A stretch of DNA of 64,000 bases from Lama guanicoe. Its lineage: Eukaryota. Of this stretch, positions 1 through 11,185 are shown one piece after another. The stretch's first letter is position 1, and every line of letters begins with the position of its first letter. A program made the position numbers and the translations under genes. The stretch covers positions 496,001 to 560,000 of the forward strand of contig MU054323.1 of assembly GCA_013239625.1 (NCBI GenBank), written 5' to 3'. Under the pieces are notes generated by a model, which did not search any database, was not told the DNA's origin, and saw only the letters and a list, made by a program, of their open reading frames with translations.

Positions 1-74
1 TCTTCTGTGGGGGGAGCCCAAACATGTCCCTCAAACATCTCTTCTGTGCCAGATGACACCCACCCCACTATCTA

Positions 75-255
75 CTGAACATTACTGTGAACCAGGAACT
101 TAATCTGCATCGTCTTCTAAGTTCATGATAGTATGCAAGTCAAGGATGTGTCATCTCCCTCTTTAGTGAGGGGAGACTGTGCGAGAGAGACGTTGAGTGA
201 CGGGCATCTGTTTACACTGGGCCAGCAAGAGGTGGGATAAGGATTTGAACCCGTG
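75..255 (-). mobile_element. MIR SINE, degenerate
   Basis: Reverse-orientation MIR core: ...gagggagactgtgcgagagagacgttgagtgac...ggatttgaaccc. Confidence 0.6.
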
Positions 256-404
256 ATGGAGGGGCCCTTTCATTCTACCCAAGAGCTATCCTGCAGGTGC
301 CACCAATTCCTCTCCTCTTATCCAGACTTGGAGTTGGGATGAAGAGGTTGACTCTCCGTCATTGCCTGGGAGAAAGGTTTTGGGAATCAGGACCGGAGGT
401 AGAA

Positions 405-720
405 TTCACTGATTCACTTGTCAACTAGCCTTCTTTGAGGAGCCTGCTGGAGGACTGGGTTCAGCGGTGGGGATGCGGGGAGGAACGAGGTGGCCGCGGC
501 TCTCAGGATGTTAGTCTGGAGAAGGGGGATCTCAGAGACGACCCATGCAATCCAGCAAGCGAGTGAGGGGGCCGTGGGGCTCAGGGTCAGGCCTTGCTCG
601 GGTCAGAGGGGCTTCCCAGGAGAGGGAGATGACCTTGGAGCTTAGAGTTGAGAGGTGGGCTCCTTGGCTGGGCAAGATGGGGAGGTGTTCCAGCAGAGGG
701 AACAGCTGTGCAGGGAGCTC
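405..720 (-). mobile_element. L2 LINE 3' fragment
   Basis: ttcactgattcacttgtcaac tail followed by typical L2 purine-rich body (ggcttcccaggagagggagatgaccttggagctt, ttccagcagagggaacagc). Confidence 0.6.
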
Positions 721-779
721 ACACCCGGCGGGAAGCCTGGGAAGGGCCCGTGGTCCTATTGTTTATTGTTCAAATTGGG

Positions 780-1085
780 ATTTTTTTCTCCCTGAGTTTT
801 TAATTCTAAAAAATTTTATACTACATCATAGCTGGAAGAATATACAATGAAACTTGCATATCCTGTATCTGCATTCAGCAACTGTTAACATCTTTCCATG
901 TTTATTTCTCAATTTCCCTCTTCCCCCCCTCTTTCTCTCTCTCTCTCTCTAATACGTGTATATGTATGTATGTATACCTCTATATATGATGTGAGTGCCT
1001 GCTTTTATATGCATACATTTTCTTTTTACTAAACTATTTGGAGATAAGTTGCAAACATAGCATTTTGCCCCTAAAACTTACCGTC
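780..1085 (-). mobile_element. Old L1M (L1MC/ME-type) 3' UTR fragment with internal (TC)n/(TA/TG)n simple repeat
   Basis: gaagaatatacaatgaaac...caactgttaacatctttccatgtttattt...aaactatttggagataagttgcaaacat...cccctaaaact. Confidence 0.6.
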
Positions 1086-1239
1086 TCTCTATAAAATGGC
1101 AATAGCTTTATTTTAGTGTTGTTCAAAAGATTAAAAAATGTTATTTAAAAGGCCTTGAGAGCACACTCTGATCCATGTGGTTACAGTTTTCCATGGGGCA
1201 CCTAGTGTGGGCTTGCTATAGATCAGAACGTCCCTTATA

Positions 1240-1405
1240 AAGTCTCATTTCATTTACACACCAATTATAGGCATTGCCATTCCTCTTGCAAATGGAGAGC
1301 AGTTGAGACTCAGAGAGGGAAAGCGACTTGCCCGAGGTCTTACAGCCATGAAGTCGTGAAGCTGCTGTTCCAGCCCACGGGTCTTGCTCCAAAGCCTGTG
1401 CTCAT
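1240..1405 (-). mobile_element. MIR SINE
   Basis: ctcatttcatttacaca...ttgcaaatggagagcagttgagactcagagagggaaagcgacttgcccgaggtc. Confidence 0.7.
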
Positions 1406-1699
1406 TCTGGTGCTTCTGGGTGGACGTGAGTTCTCTCACTCTGAGCTTGGGATAGAATTCCCACGCCAGGGAAGGAGACCTGAGCTGACTGTGGCTTGGT
1501 TAGAGGTTGACACTTCATTTGAAGGTGATCTTCACATTGTAACTGAGAAGATTGTAAGTGGCACAGGAGGAAAGAAGGAACAATTTGCTCCAGGACTTCC
1601 TCTGAAATCTTTCATGTGTCAGTGAAAACTGCTCAGAAACACATGTCATAGTCTCACAGAAATATTTGCACCATTAAGAAGATAACATGCAAATGGTGT

Positions 1700-1915
1700 T
1701 GGGCTGAGAATCAGGACCCCCGCCGGACTTGTTTCTAATTGGCCAGTGGAACTTGAACTTACCCCTTTCCCTCTCTGAGCCTCAGTTTCCTATTCTGCAA
1801 AATGGAGATGATAAGGAGACTTGTCTACCTGGAGAGGGTGTTGAGAGAATCAAAACAAACGACAAAGGCCAAAGCAATCTGTAAACTCTGAAATGCTGTG
1901 CATGTGGGAGGGTTT
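1700..1915 (+). mobile_element. MIR SINE
   Basis: MIR core ctctctgagcctcagtttcctattctgcaaaatggagatgataa. Confidence 0.75.
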
Positions 1916-2124
1916 ATTCAGAGACCGTGTGACTTGAGGGGGGGCAATTCCCTTCAGCAGGTGTGCAGCTGTCACCTTAACCTGGAATAATGTCCTCAAC
2001 TTTTGAGATGCTCCTATTTATTTCTTTAGGGAGGTGAGAGGACTGTGACTTCTGGCTTAGACCCTACTCAGCACCTAGTGATCATCACCTCCCAAACGGG
2101 CCTCCCTGAGTGGAAGTTTCCCTG

Positions 2125-2245
2125 AAACATAACCTCCGGGAGGGCAGACAATTTGCTTTGTTCACTGCTGTAGCTCCAACACCTAAAACGATGTTCGGCA
2201 CATAGTAAACACTTAATGCATATTTCTGGAATTGATTTTTCAAAT
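2125..2245 (+). mobile_element. L2 3' terminus
   Basis: gagggcag...ttcactgctgtagctccaacacctaaaacgatgttcggcacatagtaaacacttaatgcatattt. Confidence 0.7.
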
Positions 2246-2474
2246 GATTTGTCATAACTCTCAGATTGGGAGACACAAGATGGGGCAGGGTGCCCTTTTC
2301 GTATCTGTACCCGCAGTGCCGGGCAAAGCATGGAACAAATTCTACTGGTCGATTGAAGGATTGGATGGATCATATTATTATATCCTCACCTTAATGTTAC
2401 TCTAAAAGTTCACAAGATGACCACGTTTTATTTTCACATCAATTGCATTTCCTTTAAGTGATGTGAGTCAAACC

Positions 2475-2850
2475 TGTATCAGTCAGCTTTGCTAGGTTAC
2501 ACTGTAGGAATAAACACCACCAAAATTTCAGTGGATGACAACAAATATTTTTTTTTTCAGCCTTCAGATCATTGAGGCTCTGATTCAGTATTTTTCCATT
2601 CTGTGACTCAAACAGTAGCCCCTTATCTTGATCCTGGGCAGAGGGGAAAATGCAGTGAATCTTGCAGCCTCTGTTGGATGTGCGGAAATCATTTCTGCTT
2701 ATGTTCCACTGGCCAGGGCAAGTCACATGATCCAGTCTGATATCAATAGACCTGAGATGTATATTTCTCTTGCAGGAAGTCCTATCAATACCATGGCAGT
2801 GAGTGGGGGCGCACAGTCCTCACAAGGCTGTGGGAGTACAATTGGCCACA
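2475..2850 (-). mobile_element. MaLR LTR (MLT1J/K-like)
   Basis: Begins tgtatcagtcagctttgctaggttacactgtag...; internal ccactggccagggcaagtcacatg typical of reverse MLT1. Confidence 0.7.
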
Positions 2851-3169
2851 TTGGCCTTAAAAATGCTTGGACCTGATTGAAGGCCCTTCTGTGTTTTGAT
2901 CTCAGAATTTCTGAACGCCTGGCTGGAAAAGACTTTTGGATGAAGTCACCATTATGACAGATCAGGAGCCTGAAATCTGGAAATAAGAAGGAGTTTATCA
3001 TTGATTCTACACATCATTTCCCCCCTGATTTTATCATGTTTGAACAAGAACTACACAAGTAAATCTTGCTTTATAAATTGCATGGAATAGAGAGTGAAAA
3101 CTCTCTCTTCCTGAGGGTGGCCCACACCCCCTACTTCCCAGTGCAACTCTCTCTTTGTTGGCCTGAGGG

Positions 3170-3560
3170 GACAAGTCAATTGGAAGCACACAGGGATGGT
3201 GTGCACACTCAGAGACCAGGAGCCACAGGAGGAAACCTACAATGGTGGCACAATATGGTACACTCACCAAGTCTGGATGCATAGAGGGCTGGCCCCAACC
3301 TGGACTTGGGGGAGAAGAAGCCTTTCCAAAGAAGATGGTCTTGAAGGAAGAGTTAAGGTTCAGACAGCAGAGAGGACAGGGCACATGGGCCTTGAAACTG
3401 AACAAATCTGAGTGTCAGCCCAAGTCATACCCTTTCCTAGCTGTATAATCTTGGCCTCTCTGAACTTCCATCAAACAGGGTTTATAGCACCTTCCCTGAA
3501 GGGTTGCTGTGAGAAAGAAGAGTTAATACATGTTATGTGCCTCCTAAGTCGTGGGGTTGC
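3170..3560. mobile_element. L2 fragment (minus, ~3170-3370) followed by MIR (plus, ~3385-3560)
   Basis: L2-like gaagcctttccaaagaagatggtcttgaagga; MIR-like tagctgtataatcttggcctctctgaac...gggttgctgtgag...gttaatacatgt. Confidence 0.6.
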
Positions 3561-5089
3561 ACAAACAAGGGAAGACCATTCGCCCTAGGCTCCTCCCTGG
3601 AGCTGACTTTCCCACCACCCCTTCCCCTCCTGAGCCCTACCTGCCCCCAGCCACCATCACTGCTCCTTGCGGGGTAATTCCCTAATTAGTTGAGCTAAGG
3701 TGTCAATGACTGACCGTGGTTTTTGTATTTCAATACAGGGCTCCTGTCTTACTCCAGAAGGGGGGTTGAGCTGCCATTTTGGGCACCAGAGTCAAATAAG
3801 GGAAAGGGTTCTTTGTGTGTGGTGAGGGCAAGGACCCTGGAAATCTTATTGTGTGGGTGGGCCATGTCCTCCAACCATCCCAGGGCCTCTGCTAGACTAT
3901 ATCACATATTTGTACAAATTAGAAAACCACGGTCAAACTGACCACCTACCTGCTCTGCTAGGGCCGTTGTTCAGTGCACAGCCTGCTCAGCTGTCCAAGG
4001 CTGACCTGTAGCCTAGTGTCCCTTGTCTCCTTACCCCAGACCATCCCTCCACCTTCTGACAGAGGACCCTTGAAGGTGCTGGAGACTGGCCATGGCTGCC
4101 ACTGGAAAGGGTACTACTTCTTTCCGGGCCCAGCTCCTCACCCTACAGAAGACCAGCAGTCTTAGAACCCCACTGAACCTTACACTCAATCTCTCAGTTC
4201 CAGTGACTCTTTTCCTGCAGCCTCAGGACTCTCTGGAACCCACTTGTTTCAATAAAGAAGGTCAGGCTTTGTCCCTTTCCAGGCTTATTGCCCGCTGAGC
4301 CCAGAACCCACCTTCCCAGAAGCTGCCAGGCTGATTGAGCTGTGAACCGGCCTCCTCACTCCTGCTCCCGCACAGTGGGGGCATGGAGCAGCCAGCCTCG
4401 CACAGGGTGGCAGCAACACCCAGTGGATCTGCCAGGGGACCCCTCGGCACTTCTTGGAGGCCCAGATGGAATGGGCCCCCCTATTCTGTCTGCCTTTCTT
4501 ATTGGGCTGTTAAAGAGCAGACAGGGAAATGACTAGATGTACATACACTTTATCATTTTTCAAGCCTGGTGCAAAAATTAGCACCGTGATTTGTTACACA
4601 GTCCAGTCACTTTCGGCTCTTCCCCTTTAGAAGAACTACCCAAATAACAGCACAAATGATTAACAAAATGTCAGATTATAAGTTCTAAACTACGATGCTT
4701 GCTTACGCTACCTGACTGTAGCTGGACTGAGCCTGCTGTCAGAGATCACAAAACTCTTCTCTTAAAGGTCTTTAAGAACCAATGACTTGCATCTTTCTGG
4801 ACATTTCTGGTCCTGGGAGGTGATGGGGTCGGTCTCAAAGACCTCGGAGGGCTCCTTCTGACCTTCTGCCGCCAGGGTGAATATCAGTTCTGTGTGAAAA
4901 AAACAGACCCGTTTTTTGTCAAGAATAACAATTTTGTAGGGCAGTTTCCCTTTGCAAACAGTATTATCAGCAATGTTTTCAAAACACTCCGATCTTTATC
5001 TTGGCGGCACTGAGGGTAAAAATCAGTCAGTCACACGTTCCCCATCTCTGCTGGCCAGTCCTCTTTCTGAGACACGAATTAAATTTGAG

Positions 5090-5779
5090 TGATGTTCCCT
5101 GTACGCCAGGCCTCTGCTAGGCTCAGAGGAAGATATGGAAATAAATCATGACAGTTTCTGCCTGGGGGGAGTTGGCTGTCTAGTGAGGGACACGGGATGC
5201 ATCCGGAAATGGTTATAACAGAATTAAAAAGCACTTTGGGAGCAGTGGCTGGGGTAATGGGGGAGGCGTGGGCGGTTGATTATTTTTAATTAGAAGGTTT
5301 GGAAAAGCCTTCCGAGGGGAAGAAGGGCTTGCGATGGGCTTTAGAGGATGCTAGGATTTCAAGAAGGCGCATGGGGCAAGGTGGGTCTGCAGGATATTTC
5401 AAGAGGAGAAAGGTGTTCACAAGGCAAAGACGGGGAAAGGCCAGAGCATACCGGGTGAATGGGGGGCCTTCCGGGTGGACTGGAGGGTAAGGCCTTTGAG
5501 GGGCCTCAGAGGAGGAGAGGACCAGAAACATACCAGGGATCCAGGTTTTGGAACGGCTCATGGGTGTGGAATCGATGCACTGACTCGTGCCTCCTTCATG
5601 TGCCAGGTTCTGTCCCATATGTTAGGGATTCCAAAGGGAACCAATTCGCAATCCTACCCTCAGCCTGCAGGTTAGCTGTAGGGGACGGAAAAAAGAAAGG
5701 AAGGAAGGAAGGAAGGGAGAAAGGGAGGGAGGGAGGAAGGAAGGAAGGAAGGAAGAAAGGAAGAAAGAGAAAGAAAGAA

Positions 5780-5842
<63 letters not shown>

Positions 5843-6045
5843 GAAGGAAGGAAGAAAGAAAGAAAGAAAGGAAGAAAGAAAGAAAGGAAGAAAGGAAGAA
5901 AAGATTAATAATAGAACAGGATAAACCCTATGATAGAGATTAGGTCGGAGAAGGAAGCAAGTGTTCTGACCTAAGAGAGAGTGAGGGGAAAGCTTCACAG
6001 AAAAAGGGCCACCTTTGCACTGAGTCTTGAAGAAGGGTGTGAAGG
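5090..6045 (-). mobile_element. L2 fragments, interrupted by a purine microsatellite
   Basis: ctgtacgccaggcctctgctaggctcagagga..., tgtgccaggttctgtccc..., aagcttcacagaaaaagggccacctttgcactgagtcttgaag. Confidence 0.6.
5687..5904. repeat. Compound (GGAA)n/(GAAA)n microsatellite, 218 bp of pure purine on + strand
   Basis: Directly visible; explains the K/E/R-rich and F/L/S-rich spurious ORFs at 5459-5998. Confidence 0.97.
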
Positions 6046-6081
6046 AAGCTCAGCTTCATTTTGCTTCAATTTCTGTTAATC

Positions 6082-6182
6082 CATGATTTCTCAACCGAGA
6101 GTGACTTTGCCTCCCTGGGGAAGTCTGGCAATGTGAGATGTTTTTTGATTGTCATGACCTGCGAGCGGGAAGCTGTTGTCAT
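6082..6182 (+). mobile_element. MER20 (hAT-Charlie MITE), 5' half
   Basis: tttctcaaccgagagtgactttgcctccctggggaagtctggcaatgt...tttttgattgtcatgac matches recalled MER20 consensus. Confidence 0.75.
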
Positions 6183-6625
6183 GATAACACTGTGTAACAA
6201 ACCACCCCCTAAACTCAATGACTTGCAACAAGCAACACAGCCAGCATTTGTTTTCCTGTCGCAGGGGTGTCGGGCCAGCCAGGGCCGCGATGCTGCAGGC
6301 TGAGGAGAGGCCGGGCTTGGCTCTGAGGCTTCAGGTCCGTTTCAGGACTCTCGCATGAGTCTCCTGATTTCCTTGTACCCACCAGTTACCCGGGCAGGTC
6401 CATTTCACAGCAGTTCACGGGGGTGCAAGAGGGGACTCCAACCTCTGCAGGAAACTAGATGAGAGGCCGTGCGCCTCTGGACACATGTCAGTGTGCGTCA
6501 GCCTCCTTGGTCAGCCAGAGCTTTCTTGGGGCATCTCTTCCCCCTGAGAGATGGGGGATTCTCCCATGAGTCCCTGGGCAGAGGTCCCGAGGGGAGGCAG
6601 AAGCCTCGGTTCTAATCCAGTGAGC
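6183..6625 (-). mobile_element. MaLR LTR (MLT1H/I/J-like)
   Basis: ctgtgtaacaaaccacccctaaactcaatgacttgcaacaagcaac...accagttacccgggca...gtgcaagagggg. Confidence 0.7.
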
Positions 6626-6639
6626 TCTCCACATTGCTG

Positions 6640-7243
6640 GGTGACCAGGTGCTGTGAGGCCTGAAGCTTTGGAATTTGGGGAGCCTTTTCTTAAGAAGAG
6701 GATAAAAATGATAAACACTTAATTAGATAACAGGGCTGTGATAGTTCATTTTACGTGTCGACATGGCTAGGTCCCAGGGCCCAGGTATCTGGTCAAGCAT
6801 GATTCTGGGTGTTTTTATGAAGACGCTTTTTTGGATGATATTAACATTTAAATAAGTGGACTTTGAATAAACCATAGTGTGTGGGGGCCTCATTCAATCA
6901 GTAAAGGCCTTAATCGAAAAAGACTGACCTCCCTGGAAGAAGAGAGAAATCTGCCAGCAGATGGCCTTCAGTCTTGAGCTGCAACCTTTCCCTGGGCCTC
7001 CAGCCTACTGGTCTACCCTGCAGGTTTTATGCTTACCAAGCCTCCATAATCATGTGATCCAGTTTCTTGAGGTGCATCTCCCCCTCTCTCTCTCCTTTGC
7101 TTTCTCCATACGCGCGCACACGCACACACACCCACCCACCCCATTGCTTCTGTTTCTCTGTACAACCTTGAATAATACAAGGACCCTGGAAGGGTCCTAT
7201 GCAACTCAGGGTCCCCAATGTTCCACTGTAAAATTCTCCCTGT
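6640..7243 (+). mobile_element. MER53 (hAT-type MITE) split in two (~6640-6736 and 7180-7243) by an MLT2 LTR
   Basis: Left half tgtgaggcctgaagctttggaatttggggagccttttcttaagaag...aattagataacagggc; right half ctggaagggtcctatgcaactcagggtccc...gtaaaattctccctg. Confidence 0.7.
6737..7179 (+). mobile_element. ERVL solo LTR, MLT2 family, full length
   Basis: TG...CA ends (tgtgatagttcattttacgtgtcgac ... ttctgtttctctgtacaaccttgaataataca), internal (CA)n, 5-bp TSD AGGGC (6732-6736)/AGGAC (7180-7184). Confidence 0.9.
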
Positions 7244-9759
7244 GAGCTGACTCTCAGCTTTCTGTCCATAACACGGTGAGGGGTGCCCGGATGATCCCTG
7301 GGCCCTTCCCAGCCCAGATTGTGGTGAGGAGGCCCCAACACACAGACTGGCTGCGTTGCCATCACTCACACCTACAGATCTTTGAGCGCCTTCCACAGAT
7401 GGTAAAAGGTCAGAGCCTCCTGGCTTGTCTTGGTGTCTCCCAGGGTCCAGGGCCCACGCAGCGTGAGGCAATGAAGCAGAAAGAGGCAGAACGGAGGGTC
7501 ACTTATCACATGAGGAGCTACCGGCAGGCTGAGAACCTCAGGCCCAGCCACACTGATTGTTTCTTCATCCGAGCTCTTGTCGGTTCACTCCTTTCTGAGG
7601 GCCACCGCCTCTAGTTTGAGGGCCACAAAAAGAAGGATGTGTTGGCTCTGTGATGTTGAGCTGTGGCGAAACACCCTTGCTGAGGCCTGATTGTTGCCTG
7701 CCTGTTACATCTCTGAGAATATCCTTTGAAACAAGCATCCTGGTGTGGACAGAGCCCTGGAGTGGAGTCTGGAGAGCAGGTGCCACTCTTAGGAGTGATG
7801 CCAAGTGGCCAGGAGACCCAGGTCCCTCACGTCTCCTGGGGGCTTCCGTGGAGTGCTTGGGCTTCGCTGGGTGGTCTGAGATCATTCCGGTAGTAACATC
7901 CATGGACCAACGCTGCAGCTCGCTCTGCTGCCCCCACGCGCTTGGTGACTTGATCCTTCTGAGAAGACAGCAGGACTGGGCAACACTTTGAGCATTGAAC
8001 TTGAAACTCTTCTTGAGCTGGGTAGATTCACCCCCACCCCCAAAAGTCAACTCCCCACCCCCAAAAAACAATTAAACAAGCCAGGAAGCAAGCAAGTGAA
8101 CAAATTCACTAGTTTAAAGTTTTGTTAAGGGGTACAGCTCCTGTGATTTGGTGTGTGTGCATGGTGTGTGTGTGTGCAGAAGTGGGGGTGGGAGGAAATG
8201 ACCTTTGCCTGGCTGGGATGCATTATGCAGAGACCTCCCCCTCCTTCCTCAACCCTCTAGCCAGCAGCCAGCTTATGGGCTACAGGAGAGGGTCATCGAG
8301 CCTTTATCATCAGAGGAAGAATTCCTCCGTCTGGCTGGAGAGGAGACGGTGCATGAAAAATGGTGGCAAGGGGTCAGGAGGCGAAGGCAAGTGAGAAAAC
8401 ACTTTCATCTATTATCCTGGGGTCAATGGGCTCCCATCAGGGAACCTTGAGGCCGCCATGAATGGCCCATTGCAGGACGAGCAGCTTTGTGTGGCTGCCG
8501 CCCCGTGGACCTGACAGGGCAGCTCGCGGGCCAGAGCCCCACCTCGCGATCCCCCATCTCAGGACAATAGCGCCTCAGAAAGTGGTGGGTGGCTCGCCTC
8601 CCAGGAGCCTGCTTCTTCTTATCAAAGGGCTTTCACGGGGAATGCCCCGGCCGGCTTGGGAAGAGGCAGAGCCGTCTGTCCGATACTGCGGAGGCATTTC
8701 ATCCTCATTCCAAAGTCCCCGTCATGGCGATTAGGTTGGCCCGGCTTGAATTTCATCCCGGACCAGTGTGCGTTTCTCAGCTGTTGCTGCTTTTGAGAAG
8801 CCACACATAGTCTTTGAATTGAGTAATTTTTATTTGAAAAACAACCCATTCCTGTTTAAATCAGGCCCAAATCTTAGGCTGCAAAAGAGACACACATTCC
8901 AGAGGGCCACCTCTGTCCATCCAGCGACTGCAGACCCATGGCACAGGGAGCTGGCCCCTGGTTTGGGCAAAACCACCATCTTGCCTTCTTCCTGGCACCT
9001 TCTTGTCAATAACCCACGGCTATGCGTTTGAAAATACCCTGCAGATTAGCTGTGTCTGACTTTGGGACTCCCTTTGCTGAGTTAGGGCTGCTCTGCTTTC
9101 TATGTCTGTAGAAATATGTCAGCTGGGTGGAGAGAACCAGGTATCCGTGCAGTAACCCCCATGCTCCCTGCCACCACCACCCAAGCTTGGGGATCAGGCC
9201 TGGGAGAGAAGTGGGCAGTGGGCAGGGATGTGATTTTGCAGCATTGTCATCACATGTGGCATGGAGCCTAGGATCTCATATCCCCAGATGAGTGTTCACA
9301 GCACTGATGCAAATCCCCCGTGTTCAGATCCAGAACTGACCCTGACATGGAGATCCCCCCTTGGCTGCCATGGCTTTCCTGGTAGGCAAAAGTGACTGGA
9401 CACAAGCAGGGATTTGGTGTGAAATGGAATGATGTCCTTCTGGGCCACGCATTGCCAGTGGCTCCCCTGCACAGTCAGTTTGAAATATACTTAGCAAGCT
9501 TGTTGGGGGCCTGGCCCACAAGGAGCTGGGGGTACAAAGAGATACAGGACTTGGTCCCTGCCCATGTCAGAGGCACACGAATGTATAGATGGATGCAAAC
9601 ATCTGTGATGTGATGAGTATTGTGAAGGAGGTACACAGGAGATACACCCTACACTTCAAGCACTTCGGGTTTTTTTGGTTTTGTTTTTTTATTGAAGACT
9701 TTGAGCACTTTGAAAGAAGAATGATATGGAAGAGCACAGCGAGGAGTCTACCTTAGTGG

Positions 9760-10525
9760 CCTGGGTTAAGTAGTGCTGTTGCAGCAAAGTGTGTTACAGC
9801 TCAGTGTTACAGCTCAGTGTTATGCTCAGTTGTGACAGCAACCTGGATCTGGGCGAGAGACCAAGCAGCACTTGGAGAGTTGGAGAACTAAGGCTTGTTA
9901 CGCCAGCGGGCCCAGAGGAGTTAACATTCCAAGCCCTGGACCCTGTCTATAGGTTTACACAGCCTTTTATAAGCTACCAGTCTAGACTTTGCAACATTTT
10001 GCAACATCATATGCAAATAAGATATAACAAAGGTGACTAATTAGGAATAAGCTTTGTAGAAACGGACCAATCAGGAGTGAGGGAAATGGACCAATTAGGA
10101 TTTAGATCAGGGAACTGATAGAATCTCAGGGGTAAGTTCCGCTTTCCTAGAAGTAAGCTGTTTCAGAGGCAAAAAGCGAGATAATGCTGCTGGGCCAGGG
10201 AACTGGATGGTGCTGGCAGGAGAGTAATGGCCCTGCCTGGGGGTCCTGCTGGTCTTTTTCATGGGGCTTCCCACCTCAGTGCCACCTCCAAATTCTTGTC
10301 CACCCAGAACCTCAGATGTGACCTTGTTTGGTAGGTCTTGTAGTGTCTTTGTAGATGTAATTAGTTAGAATGAGGTCACACTGAATTAGAGTGGCTGGTG
10401 TCCTTCTAAGAAGGCCAGGTGGAGACAAAGGCAGAGATTGGCATGAGGCAGCTAAGAATGGCGGGGATTGCCGGCCCCCCTGGGAGTTAGACGAGCGGCA
10501 GGGACTCACTTTTCCTTAGAGCCAG
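9760..10525 (+). mobile_element. MaLR LTR (MLT1C-like), split near its 5' end by an ERV1 LTR
   Basis: gggttaagtagtgc | cacctccaaattcttgtccacccagaacctcagatgtgaccttgtttgg...gatgtaattagttagaatgaggtca. Confidence 0.75.
9777..10278 (-). mobile_element. ERV1-class solo LTR (502 bp), probably cetartiodactyl-lineage
   Basis: TG...CA termini, perfect 4-bp TSD GTGC (9773-9776, 10279-10282), two CCAAT boxes, octamer ATGCAAAT, minus-strand TATAAAA, 13-bp tandem repeats (gtgttacagctca) near the minus-strand 3' end. Confidence 0.9.
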
Positions 10526-10984
10526 GAAACTCCTGGGAAGGGTCTTAAGTGCACTTAAGAGCGTTTGGGATTCTCCTATAAACAATAGGAGACAGGGATG
10601 GATTTTGAGCAAGGCAACTTGGTTTAATTCAAGTTCTTATAATTGTGGGACCTAAGAAGTTCAGCCGGTGCCTGGACCTTGTGGTCTGGTGGCAGTTGCC
10701 TCAGGGTTCCACAGCTCCAGGTCCCTGCTAGTTACGTACCTCTCGGAGAAGCCAGTGCATGTGTCCCCGTGGGCTTCTTCCAAATGGTTTGTAACAGCCC
10801 CTGCTGGCCAAGATGTCACCAGACCTTGCTGCAGCCCACTCTGCAAAAACTGTTTCCTGCTTCTTCCTTCGCCCTGCACCTCCTTCTCCTCTGGTCCTGA
10901 GGGCAGTCAGGGTGGCACTAGGCCCACTGGGACCCTCTGGTGCACGTGCCCTTGGACATCGAGGTGCAGCAGTTGCTGCATGTC

Positions 10985-11185
10985 TCTTGCTGCATCCTGT
11001 CTCCCCAGCTAACTGGCCCCAAACAGCAATTCTCATTCTATTATTTCTCATGTTACTAGGCTCAGCGTGGCAGTTCTTGAGAGCAGTGGTGGGGCTGGGG
11101 TCCATAGATGTGCCTCTTGTTCAGGAGTTTGGTGTCTGAGTTGGGAAGACACCTGGGGCGAAAACGGCTGGGCCTATGCCACTTT
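10985..11185 (-). mobile_element. Degenerate MLT1-type LTR fragment
   Basis: ttgctgcat...aaacagcaattctcattctattatttctcatgtt...ggctcagcgtggcagttctt. Confidence 0.45.

Noticed and set aside
5459..5998. 149-aa K/E/R-rich ORF and 108-aa F/L/S-rich antisense ORF
   Set aside because: Both are translations of the (GAAA/GGAA)n microsatellite
9789..9840. 13-bp tandem array gtgttacagctca
   Set aside because: Lies within the ERV1 solo LTR, so it is not an independent element
10640..10980. GC-rich stretch with many overlapping ORFs, considered as a processed pseudogene
   Set aside because: No recognisable peptide, poly(A) tail or TSD; more likely a decayed LTR or neutral DNA
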